From positions 25,544,001 through 25,608,000 of the forward strand of contig JAQFVV010000004.1 in assembly GCA_028023455.1 (NCBI GenBank): a stretch of DNA of 64,000 nucleotides, read 5' to 3'. A program made the translations under genes and the position numbers. The stretch is from Epiperipatus broadwayi. Taxonomy: Eukaryota > Animalia > Onychophora. Shown piece after piece: positions 51,620 to 64,000 of this stretch. The notes below the pieces were generated by a model, which worked only from the letters and a program-made list of their open reading frames with translations, was not told where the DNA came from and did no database searches. Within the stretch, counting starts at the first letter, position 1; each line of letters opens with the position of its first letter.

Positions 51620-54600
51620 TCTCAGTGCTCAAATGTATTGGCTCCACCTTCATCACCAGCCACCTCTGAGACAGATTCTCAAGCAACCAGCCACCAAAAA
51701 ATATCTCATCTCTCTTTGATTAATCTCAACTGCAATGGATACAATTTATCCACCCCCAACAACCCCCAAACCCAACTCCAAATTCAGAATGCATGTCAAT
51801 GGATCTTACCTCCAAACTCAATCAAAAATCTCAGTCCACCCCCCTTTTTATGTACAGTCAGTCAGCTTTGCACTCAGACTCTAACCAATAATACTTAGCT
51901 CTGACACCATCACCCAACCTTTCCCTGAAACACTTTTGCAAATAAACATGGCATAAAAACAACTTATAAAAACCAAAATCTCAATTACCATCATAAAAAC
52001 AATTGTTCAATTCTCACCTGCCAACCATACTGCTCCCTCCACACCCATCTACAATAAAACCAAAAGAAAACTTGGATAACCTAAAAAAAATCTGCAAAAA
52101 ATCAAAAATTACCAATGTTGACAATATACCACCAGTTCAACAAACTAGTTGACTATCTCTACATGCCTATAAAAAGCACAATCTCAGCTTACCAACCCAG
52201 TGACATAAAAAGTTCATTTACACCACCCAAATCAACAACATCATATCATAACCTTCCTCTGATTTAACTAACTAGTTACTTCCAGTCACACCCAATTGCC
52301 AAACAATCATTCTCACAGATAGTTTGCATTGAAAACCTCTAACACTATTCTGCACCTCCCCTTCTCCCAACCCCTTAACTAACAATCCAGACACGTTATG
52401 AAGGAGAAAATAATATCACTTAATGTCTGCAGATTCACTAAGATTGCTGAAAGAAATTTATTAGCAAATCTCAGGTTGACCCCACTGTCCACCTTCATAA
52501 ACATAGTTTCTGTGCTTGTTTCAAGGACACCTCATCACTGTCATCAGAATAATGAGCTTTTCATCATATCTGGATGCCTATTTATATCATTCAAAATATT
52601 ATACATTACTACCCATCACTAATTACCAACATTTACCATCATAATGCAACATTAAATATAGTTTTCATCTACATTCTTCCAGTTCTGAAATCATCACATA
52701 CATCATCCAATTCATCAACTAACTACTTACATCCAGTCCCCATCCAACTATACTAATAGGTGACTTCAATTTTGATTACCTGATCTTTACTAATAAATTT
52801 ATACATCGTCTAAACTTCCCACTCATGAGTGTGCAGTGCTGTCTACTACCCAATTCAGCTAGTTTTCATAACAACTGATATGCCATCCTCATTAGCTTAT
52901 GCTTCTACTTCCCCATGTTGAATCATCTAATAGAATTTAACGTCAACCTTAAACCATTTTCTGATCACTCAGCCAAAATAGTTACACAATCTCTATGAAC
53001 TCCATGCAATATCTATACAATTATATAAAACAATCCACATAATTCTTTCATCAGTCACTACTGAGTTCATGTTTTCAGAAACATACTTCATGATAAACAA
53101 GTTACAGCATATGGCTAGAGACCTAATGCATTGATATTTTGTTTCATCCACACAGTATCATTTAATATAAAACACTTAACACACCCCTCCCCTCCACCTT
53201 CTCAACTGCTGCCAGCTGATTATTCACACAAGAGAATTGTTACTTTCAAACCTAATCAACAAATTTGCCAGCAGTTACTTAGGTCCACTCAAATCTATCA
53301 CTATATTTGTAACCAGTTTAAAGACTACTTTGGCATCAAAAAAAAGAATTTGCCTATCTTAACAGCATACATATGTAGAGCATTGAGCCATTCATCCACA
53401 CCAAAGATTCCCATAGTTCTTAAAACTTATATGGATACATGCACCAGACAAAACTTGATTCATTTTTATACATATACTTCAAAAATAAATTCACATTACA
53501 TCCAAACCATCCACATATCTCTTTGGACTACCAGAAACTATCATGCCTTTTCAGACCAGCCAGTTTTCTGCCAAATTTGACACCATCCCCAACTCTTGTC
53601 ATCCTGGGGTTCATGAATTCCTGCTTTATCTTCAGTCACCTCAATCATTTTACCACACTATATATGTGTGATCTTTTGAAGTTCCTATTCCAAAAATATA
53701 TGGTCAAAGTCTATACCCCATCACAATAGTGTGTTTCATTAAAAACCCAATTTCATATTCAGCCTATCCAATCTTCAGCCAATCTCCATGGGCCTTATAG
53801 CACTAAAATTGCTTGAGAAAGTTGTTAAAGATGAAATTGAGCTGCACATCCACTAACATTACCCCTCCAATTTGTCAAAAAGGTTCATCCACTACATAGA
53901 CAACACTTATTTTTATGACAATCTTCAACTCTGTTCAAGAAAAAAATATGGGACAAATTGTAGTCCATCTGGACATGCAAGCAGCATTTGATATCATCCC
54001 CATAATTATGTTTATTCAGATCACTAATACCAAAATCCTACCCCTTTTCTATACCTAATCACCAACATGCTGCTGAGTCATGTCCACATCATTGCCAATG
54101 GCATAAATTCTTCACTTCCAACCAGTCCACCCCACAAAGATCACATCTCAGCTTATTACTTTATATGTTGTACATAAATCCACTTTTGCAATAAATGCAG
54201 AGCAAAATCACCAGAATCCAAATCCCATGCACACAGCTACTATTTCTTTCATAGCCTATTTGAATCCTCCCATCCCCTGCCCTCCCAGAATAACTTCCCC
54301 TTCAGCAAACCATTCTGAGTGTACACAATGGCATACAATCTTAATTTCAATCTCAAGCAAATAGCCTCAATTTCAATAAAATTGCTGCATGGTTTCTATT
54401 AACTAAAAAACCATGTACACAAATGTTCCAAAGAAAACTACTTCAATCCTAGGCTTACCCATTCCACAAAGGCTCACTTAGTATGAGACAGGCAATACAA
54501 ACCAACCTCCAAGATAGTGCAGTCAAAATCACCAAGCCACTTTCTGAGACATGCCTCCTATTCCAAAATTCAACTATCCAATACTTTTATTATTACTTGA
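51620..54600 (+). mobile_element. CR1/L2-type LINE ORF2, heavily decayed; interrupted by the RTE at 54605 and probably continuing at ~57420-57720
   Basis: SLINLNCNG (APE), LIGDFNF (~52755), PISL-like segment (~53540), VVHLDMQAAFDIIPH (53961-54005), PQ.S.L..LL..LYI, LQDSAVKI. Confidence 0.65.
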
Positions 54601-54604
54601 ATTA

Positions 54605-57410
54605 CATCATCATCAACTATTACCAATCCACTGCAGTATTCTCCAAGTTCAGTCCATCTTCTCTGATCTCTAGCATCTCTTGCCTACATCAATCCTGCAT
54701 TTTCTTATTTCATCTATCCATCTCACATGTGGTGTCTTTTTGGGTCATTTACAATCTCTTGGAATCCAGTTTGAAATCTCAATTGTCCATCTATTATCGT
54801 CTCTTCTAGCAATATATCCAGTCCAACTCCATTTTAGTCTTAATTTTTTCAATGAGGTCAGTAACATGTGTTTGTTCTCTCACCCATATATTGCATTTTC
54901 AATCTATTCTTGTTATTCCCAATATGCATCTATTCATATTTCTTTTAAAGGGTTGAAGTCTCTGTATTCCTCTTCTATTACATGTCCATGTCTCAGATCC
55001 ATAAGTAAGAATGGGTAAAACACATTCATTAAAACTCTTCCTTTTCAAACACATAAACTTATTTCCTTTCAGTATCAACCCAAGTTTAATTCTATGATTA
55101 ATTTCATCCATTATGTTTCCATCTGTATTAATAATCTGACCAATATATTTGTAACTGTTAACTTCTTATAACTCATCATAATCAATCTTTATTTTTATAT
55201 TTTGAGAAAATCCACTAAACATTACTTGTGTCTTTTTAACATTTATCTTTAGTCCTACTTTTCTACTTTCATCTGATATATCTTGCAACATTTCCTGCAA
55301 TACTGAAGCATTATTTGCAAAAACAACTACATATTCCCTGCAACACTGAAGCATTATTTGCAAAAACAACTACATCACCTGCAAAATCTAAATGACAAAT
55401 AATCTCCATTTACTTTCACTCTTTTAGCTTCCAATTTTAATCTGCAAAATACTTCTTGCAGCACTGCTTTAAAAAGCTTTGGAAATGTAGAGTCACCCTG
55501 TCTTACACCCTTCTCAATGTTGACTTTCCCAGTATCATTATGTAATCTAATTGTTGCTGTTTCATTTTTATAAATATTCTTTAAAATATGACAATACCCT
55601 GGATTTACACCTTGATGATCCAATGTTTTCATCATGGAAGAAATGTTTATAGATTCAAATGCCATTTCATAACCTACAAATCCAAAGCATAATGGCAATT
55701 CATATTCATTTGCCCTTTCTATAACTTCTCTCAATACCTGGATATGATTTACTGTAGTAAAAACTACCTTTAAAACAAGCTTGTTCTTTTGGTTGGTGGA
55801 AATCCAATGCTCTCTGTAGACAAGTTGTAATTATCTTGGTAAAAATTTGGTAGAAAACTGATAAAAGGCTGATAGATCTGAATTTCTAAAATTTTCTTTA
55901 TCACTTTTTTAAATATTAGTATTAATACTGAATTCATTTAATCATCTGGTACATCTTTATCATTTAGGTATTTGGTATATAACTTTGCTAAAAAATGTTC
56001 TATTTTTCACCTGCTTCTTTTAATATATCAATTATAATTCCATCATTACCTGGAGCTTTTCCTTTCTTCATAAATTTAATTGCATGTCTCACTTCTTCAT
56101 TTAAAATCATGGGCAAGTGGAAAGATATAATAGATATTGGAGGTACTTGTTCTTTATTACTATATAATTCGTGATATAAGCCTTCTACCCATTCCATGAT
56201 GTCATCTCTCTTTTTAGTAATAATTTTATTTTATTTTCTTATTGCAGATATAAAGTTCCTATCAATACCAAAATATTGTTTTACACTCTTAAGACTTTTA
56301 TTCTCTTCTACAGTTTTCCTTGCTAGTCCACAGTTATACTTTCTTATATCATTTTCAACTCTTTTCTGCAAATTTTACAAAATTTGAGATATTTAATCCT
56401 TTTTAATACATCATTTTTGTATATCTTCATATTCCTTTTTTTCTTCTAAATTCTCTAGTTTCAGTAGAAATTTTAATTGGTCAATTGCCACTTTTTGCAG
56501 TTTTTAAAAGTGTATTAGTTATTTTCATATTAATTTTATTCAAATCTGAATCATGTTCATAATCTATTAATACTTGAAATGAGTTTGTAAGTTCTAATTT
56601 AAATTCATTAGAATGTTTCTGAAGATTAGCAATATCAACTGTAAATATTGTTTTTCTTAATAATTTTTGCCTCTTTAGTTTTACATTAACATGTATCTTA
56701 CATCTTACTAATCGATGATCACTTCCTGTGTTAAATTTATAAGAACACTACAATCTTGAAATATATATTTTCTGTTAGTCAAAATATAATCCAATTCTGC
56801 TGTACATTAATTTGTATGTGTCCATGTCCATTTCCTTTAAACATTTTTCTCAAAAAAGTAATTCATAATATAAAGGTTGTCTTTTTTTGCAAACTCCACA
56901 AGTCTATGTCCTCTCTCATTTCTATTACCATAATCAAAATTACCTACAGAACTTTCATCTTTCATTTGTTTACCAATTCTGGCATTAAAATCTCCCATAA
57001 CAATTTTAAAATATTGTTTACTCTGATCAAAAGTCTTTTGTACATCCCTATAAAAATCTTCTACTATTTCATCACTATGAGACCTTGTTGGGGCATAAAC
57101 CTGAATTATCTGCATTTGGTATGTGCTATTAAATTGTACAACTAATCTTGCCACTCTGTCCAATACACCATCAATCTCCACAATGTTATTCTTCCACTTT
57201 TTATTTATAATGAATCCTATTCCACTTGTATTTCTAATATATGTGCCTTTATAGTAGAATACATGTCCACTTTTTAAATCAATTGTGTATTCACCTTTTC
57301 TTCTAACTTTGCAAATTCCAATAATGTCACATTTAATATAAGACAGTTCATACTACTCCCTAATAATCAATTTCACAAAGTCATTTATTTCTACCATTAA
57401 CTCGATTTGC
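54605..57410 (-). mobile_element. Near-full-length RTE LINE (APE plus RT), decayed
   Basis: IIQVYAPT..VEDFY..MGDFNARIG..RNERGHRLVEF, KKGKAPGNDGI, PLCFGFVGYEMAFESI, GVRQGDSTFPKLF, LPILTYGSETW, (GAT)n tail; ~43-bp tandem duplication at 55295-55380. Confidence 0.92.
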
Positions 57411-58499
57411 AAAAAAACTGCTCTGGAACCAGAAGACTATATTGATCTCTGTAAAACATCTTAGCAGCATTCTGACCATTTTGTCTAGGCCTCCATATCC
57501 ACCTGGATGTTTCACACATAGAAAGGCAACAACCTAAAGACCAGATTCACCAGCAAATTCCAATCATTCAGTACCTGCTCAAAGTTACTCCTACTGATAA
57601 ATGCCTTCCTCAATTCTATATCTCACAGTTCTTATTTTGTCAACTGTAACCAAAGTTAATCATACCACCTTCTCCAAAAACTTGAAGTACACCTACTGAC
57701 AAATCTATTTCATTCACACTTCATCAAGGTTTTCCTATCCCCCATGCACAGGATCAATAACCATAATCTTCTTTACCAGTTTAAAAAGTCATTCCTGGAA
57801 CCAGAGTTTTTTGACACTCTTGTCTGTCTCAATCTTTCTGTTCTCCTCATATCTGTTTTTTATGACATCATTATCTCTGTAGACTATGCTACACAGCTCA
57901 AAAGACTCACCAGCAACTCTTTAATGATTTCCAAGTGTTCAACTCTACATGACAAATCATGTTAAACACATACCAATAGTCAACACCTCCATACAACATA
58001 TAACTCAGCCCTTTCAAAAATCAGACATCTTCACAGCATATGCAGCTACCTTTACTCTATTTGCCTTCTGCTCCATCCATTGTACCTTCCTGTTTGACAA
58101 CAACACCAGGAGGCACCCATTTACTATTTTACTAACACTTTAGCACAGTTAAAAACATGAGATTGCAACTCAACCCTTTGGATATTTTTGTAGCCACTTG
58201 GTCATTCCTTAAAGAGCAGCCAATCCTAAAAACAAATATTTTCAGTATCTCTCCAAAATCATTATCAATAACCAACATCAAATCTAATCCATTCTACTGT
58301 TCCACTATCCACAATGAGGATTTTTCTGGTTTTTAAGGATCATCACCACAAATGGCTAAGGCTGAATAAAATCTCTTAACTATACCAGAAAAAGAAAATG
58401 TACTTTCACTCTGAGCATATAAAAATTATTCTCCCAGTTTCTTTTCCCCATCCCACCCCCAATTTAAATACACAGTACCCATCAATCCCCCAATATAAC

Positions 58500-58740
58500 A
58501 TTTTAATCATACATTTTTGATGATTACCAATGAAAATATCTATACACTGTAAAATAATTTTTATGTAATGTTATCCTCTTTAATTGTACTGTAATCATCT
58601 ACATTTGTAACCAATAATTTGTAATCACATTTAAACAATGTTGTTTTTCTAATTGATAACTCAATTGTTTTATCTGTCATGCCAATGTAACCCCCAGCAA
58701 AACCATTTAAAATTCATGTAATCCATATTGTTAAAACAAC
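58500..58740 (-). mobile_element. PLE-type GIY-YIG remnant (lineage E)
   Basis: GLHEF-K..GGYIGMTDKTIEL across a frameshift. Confidence 0.4.
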
Positions 58741-60419
58741 CAAAACTCTTCATACAGTATTGTGCCACATAGTGCAAGCCAGAGTAATCAATGGATGGCA
58801 GATGGCTTGTGCATAAAATTCCCATCTCGTGCCTACACATCCAATCTCCCCAAACTAGTTTCTTGCTTGTGGCTTTTGTCAGTGAAGTTTAGTAGTTTAA
58901 TCCATAGAAAGTGGACTATACTTGGATCAATTACACTAATTTCTGATTTACATCTAAAGAAATAACTGAAAAAAAAATCATGCCAATTTTTTTTTTTTTA
59001 CCATTGTTCACCATTTATTTATAAAAACTATAAAAGAAATAAAATGTTTTACCAGAAACTAGTTACAGTGATGGTTGGAAGATAATTCCAGTGAAATAAA
59101 AATATGCATTGACGTCTAAAAAAATAAAAAGAATAAAAACCTTATAAGAATTTATGTAATAAAAAAATAATTGTGTATGTACAAAAATATTAAAACTTAA
59201 AAAATGTCTAAAAAAGTAATGTGTTTAGCAGACATACATTTTTTAAATGAAAAAATTAAATGTATAAATCTCAGTAATCGTATTATAATCATTCGGTTAT
59301 TAATCTAGTTTTTGTTTTTACATTAATAAAAGTTTGTTTTTTTATATATAAAAGATCATTAAAAAGTTAAATGTTAACTAGACTAAACTTGACTATAAGG
59401 TTCCACACGAATGCACAAAGAAATGTTTTCTAGATCTAAGAATTGAAATAAATTTTCAAATATATTTTTGTTAAAAATATATAAAATAAATACTCAAAAA
59501 GGGTATTAGAGCAAATAATTTCCAAATTAATTTTTTAAAAAGATAAAATTAAGTGTAATTTAACACTTATGTTGTCAATCACAATCAGTGTAGAAATTTA
59601 ATAACTAAATATAAATATATACTAAAGTAATTAAATGCTACTTAATAGTAAAATCAAATGAGAGATTACTCACAGAGTAATATAATAATTAATCGTTTTA
59701 AAAGATGACAACCTATAATACCAAAAATTAACAATGATGCTGACAACTATCATAGAATTTCAGGAATTTAAAATATATAACTGCTGAATCTAATAAACAA
59801 CCTTTTTGTTATAGAACTTTACATACTATAATATTAGAAAACAAGAGTGTAAGATAAGAAAATTTATGACTATTTGATTATAGCTAAATCATCCAATTAA
59901 AAAAATTACAAGCAAAAAAAAATCTACAAATCAGTGAACAATTTCTCAGATCTATTGTAATTAGGGAGAATAAGGAGATCTGCAGAGAATTCCATGACAT
60001 CCTCTGTTTTATGAGACAATTCTAATGCAATACTTGAGCTTTGAACAAATTCTCAGATGATACTTATTGTAACAAAACACTCCCATGTTATTAAATGCAG
60101 TGTTGTAAATCACCTGGGCTGCTAATTACATTAAAAGCATCTTCAAATAGCATCAATGACATCAAATAAACACAATACAAACAAATCAATTTATTTAAAG
60201 TGATCAGTTTTCTATAAAATGGTGCAGTGATAATATGGTAGACTATGAAGCTCAAAGAACCATAATTTATGACCAAGTTTTGTCATTTCTCTTACTCAAG
60301 TTTGTCATGAATGAACAATAAAGCAATTGTATTACTTTTTTAATTGATCATACCATAATTTTAAAAGATTAAATAAATACAAGATTAAAAATTATGTCAA
60401 ACATATTCATAAATATTAT

Positions 60420-60760
60420 TTCAACATGGGTGTGATGGGAATCTCGGTCTTAGGATGGTCTTTGAGCGTTCCATCATCAGATTTTCAATTGGATGGACAA
60501 TTAAAGAGTTGGAGTGTGGAGTGGATTGAAGCCTGTCCATTAAAGTATGAAGATTGGTTATTTTAATATATCTGAGCACTTATTGCATATATGTGTAGAG
60601 ATAATAATCTTGACCAACTGATGATTGCTGGTTTAGCATAAAATACGTATATTGGTGATTATTTATCTTTCTGACATATATGTGTTCAAGTGTATTAGTA
60701 TTATGAGATAGAGTGGGGAGTCGTATGAAAGTTTGTGCTCATATACCTTATATATAAATA
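60420..60760. repeat. Copy of the ~400-bp dispersed repeat seen at 29890-30290, opposite orientation
   Basis: CCATCATCAGATTTTCAAT..AAGAGTTGGAG..TGGAGT.GATTGAAGCCTGT matches the reverse complement of 30170-30245. Confidence 0.8.
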
Positions 60761-63539
60761 TTATTTTATTTTAAAAAAATGTCAAAAAATTTAAAACATA
60801 AAAATAATATTTGACTCTATTGGAATATAAAAACAATTTTACATTATGTTTATTTACATCCAACTGATTGAATTTTTCATGTAAATGATGGATTTAATAT
60901 AAGTGTTTTTAAAATTAAAATAATCTTTAAAACTTTATATACAGTGGATTTATAAAATAACATTTATATAACTAACTATAAGACTTCAATAATACACTAT
61001 CCTAAGAAAAATGTGAACAAACAAGTAAAAATGTAAATAAACAACAACAACAACAAAATTCAATAAAAGTTGCAAATTTTAGATATTCGGCAGCCACTTT
61101 ATCTTCTCTGAGCACCGACACAATTATATATACACAAAATTTATTTAATTTTTATTGAAAGCACATTTATTTTATTCTTCCTTTATTACCCTTTCTGAAT
61201 TTGATAAGCAAGAGGCAGTACATTTAAAGTTAATATACTGATTTAAACTATTAAAATAATTAGATAATGTCTTGATAAAGAGACTAGTCTATTATGCAAG
61301 AGGAAATAGTTATTGGTAAAAAAACATCACCAAGATCATATTTTATAGTTACAAAAGTCAGATATTTTGTTATTTACCTTATTTTAAAAATATAACAACA
61401 GTGAGATAGAATGGATAGCTGAAGAGAGCTTAAAAGTCTGTGTTCAAATACCTTATATAATTACATAACAACAGAAGTTAGTTTTTCTCATATTATTATT
61501 ATTCCATCAGTGAACGCATGAGTGATCATACAGTAAGATATATATAAATATATTCTCTCAATTTATTATGTTTCTATGTTTTAAAATATTGTTTAGACTA
61601 TAATTTTGATTTATATACATACTATACATATAGAAGAATATCTGTATTATATATTATATGTGTTAAAGAGTATAGTACATTTGAAATTCAATAAACTATG
61701 TATTCCATTCTAATCAATATTTATCAATAAAACAGTATATTCCTGATCTCATACCTGTTTCACCTATTTCACCCTATAACTCTACCTATACCAGGTTTAA
61801 ATCCTTCCTGAGTACATATATAAGGTCGCTTATATAGTTATATATGTATCACTGCATATATATATATGTGTGTGTGTGTGTGAACAAATGCTAGTAATAT
61901 CATAGATATAGTTATATTGCAGCGAGTATTTTGATTTAAAAATAATATATTTTGAATTATAAATTTTGTTTTTTAAAGAGTCAATTTACTATATTTAAGG
62001 TTAAAATCACATGTATATATGGGTATTTCATGTACTACTGTGATACATATAGAGTGCAATATTATCTAGAAGTTTATTGTGATTCTTAAATTTAATCTTG
62101 AATACTTGTAAACAAGAATCATGCCAATCGCATTTTTTAGTATAATGTAAGTTAAAATCTAAAATCTTAATTTTTAGTAATAATATTTTCCTAAAATATC
62201 ATTTCTGGTAAACAAAATTTACTGAACTGAAACTATTACCAGGACCTTAGTAATCTGTAGTGGTCAAACTTAACCACAAATACCCCCATAAAAGATTAAA
62301 ACAAAAGTTTAAATAATTTTCATAAACTAAAATTTAAAATAAGTGCTAATGGATTTGCTAGCAGTAAAAAATCTTGTTGAGAGTAATATAGTCACATTTC
62401 AAATACATATAAATAGACTATATTTTATACATCAGGAGATATACTTAATAATTTTAAAGAAGTGTTGCCATGAGTCTCCATGCAAATTGTTATTTTGACA
62501 TGGCAGAATAGGAAGGCATAGATTTTCCATTTTCCTGTGGGAGGATGGTGATCTCTAGTCCTGTCCTATGCACCTAATTGTGCATCACTACCACTGTGGG
62601 AGACATTCTAACCAATGGTCAGCCACAAAAAAAAAATCATTTGAACATGCCATTTATCCAGAGATCGAGAAAGCAACTACACCCATCATCTGATGTGCTC
62701 AAGACATAAGCTTCTAGAAGATAGGTAACCATTCAAGTACCACAGAGCTCTAATATAAATTTCTTAATCTTTAAACCTTCATCTTAAAAGCTAGCTTAAT
62801 GTAATACTGAACATTCAGACCTAACTCTTTAAATTATTATCTAAAGTAAAATATATAGTTTGTATAAATATTATCTGAAATTAAATCTGTAAACTTCCAT
62901 TAAATTATTCTAAATTTAAACAATTGTAACCAAATTTATTTAAATTTCTTATTCACTGCAGGTATACCTATATATGTATTTTGATCTACTTTTTTCTCTA
63001 AAATGTATATTTGATATAATATGCCAAATCTTTCAAAGCAATGAACATTTTAAATGTTAATAGATTCAAGAAAGATATTTGATATTTTCAATTTTAATAT
63101 ATTTTAAAATACTTATTTAGCTTGCACACATGCTGGTTTGAAATCCTTTATGTTGAATAATAACCGATCGCTATGCATTCAATATTATCAGTTGATTCAA
63201 TTTTATATACTATTAAATATCTATTATAGTTTGCATGATCGTAGTTATAACCTATGACTTTAAATATATGTTTTATTAAAAGAGATAGACTAGCTGATAG
63301 ATAAAAGTATATTTATTAATGTATCATTAATTGCTAGTTAAATGTATTTTCTCCTCCCCAGTAAAAACTAATTCAAGATGCAGAGTGAGGATATTAAACT
63401 AGATTAATAATTTACGTTTATTCTATTAATATAGCATGATTATGTTGCTTGATTTAAGAACCGAGTTCTGTTAGTTATACAGATAGAAACTGATAAAAAC
63501 TATCTGTTTTTAGATGCATTTAATTTAAATATACATATT

Positions 63540-64000
63540 TGTATTTTACTTTATTGTGTTGTGGATATGTTTTTACAAAGTACACTTTGTACATTACATC
63601 TTGCTGCACCTTTTTCTGAACTCATATGGGAGACCTCCCCCATACACTTATGTGAGGTACGAACACTATGCATGTTACTTGGTAAAGGGTCCAGGACTCT
63701 TGAGTAGCCTATCTGAGTTCCCAGAACTACAAATCTTCATTATTAGTAGCAAGCTGTTTGTTACTGTGTACTACACATTCAATGCAAAAGTCTGTGAATA
63801 ATTATTCATCTGCACTGAAATCTTATTTAGCAATATTTTGGTCTGTACCGTAGTGTACATATGTTGGCCTAAGGCAATCAGTTCTTTCCCCTTATAGTTA
63901 ATGATTATTCAGCATTAATCTGAAACCAAATCTCTATTATTAGAATAAAACTGCATCATTCTTGAGTGTGATTATATGCTCATGTCTTATATGTATAACA
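63540..64000 (-). mobile_element. Possible piggyBac transposase C-terminal remnant
   Basis: YTYKT...RDLV-INA*II-like segment followed by a Cys-rich tail (TCIV...C.KC..LCK); needs frameshifts. Confidence 0.25.

Overview
AT-rich, strongly CpG-depleted eukaryotic DNA, probably an arthropod with DNA methylation (inference). I found no intact protein-coding gene, RNA gene or CRISPR array. The window is mostly nested, decayed transposons. (1) Penelope-like elements (PLEs): about five GIY-YIG lineages, including a near-full-length copy at 21520-26500 with pseudo-LTRs. (2) LINEs: several RTE copies, a ~5.5 kb APE-RT LINE, and CR1/L2-type copies. (3) LTR elements: a Ty3/Gypsy gag-pol relic and a gag-only element with ~1.05-1.2 kb LTRs carrying a 27-bp minisatellite. 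(4) DNA-type elements: a hAT/Buster deletion derivative with an exact 8-bp TSD and a 1.38-kb TGT...ACA foldback palindrome. Best candidate for something undescribed: the main PLE family carries a tRNA-Lys-like Pol III cassette directly upstream of a hammerhead-ribozyme-like core in its terminal repeats (4 copies, variably degraded). Two other PLE lineages end in separate decayed minimal hammerheads. All calls come from manual reading and translation; boundaries are approximate unless a TSD is quoted.
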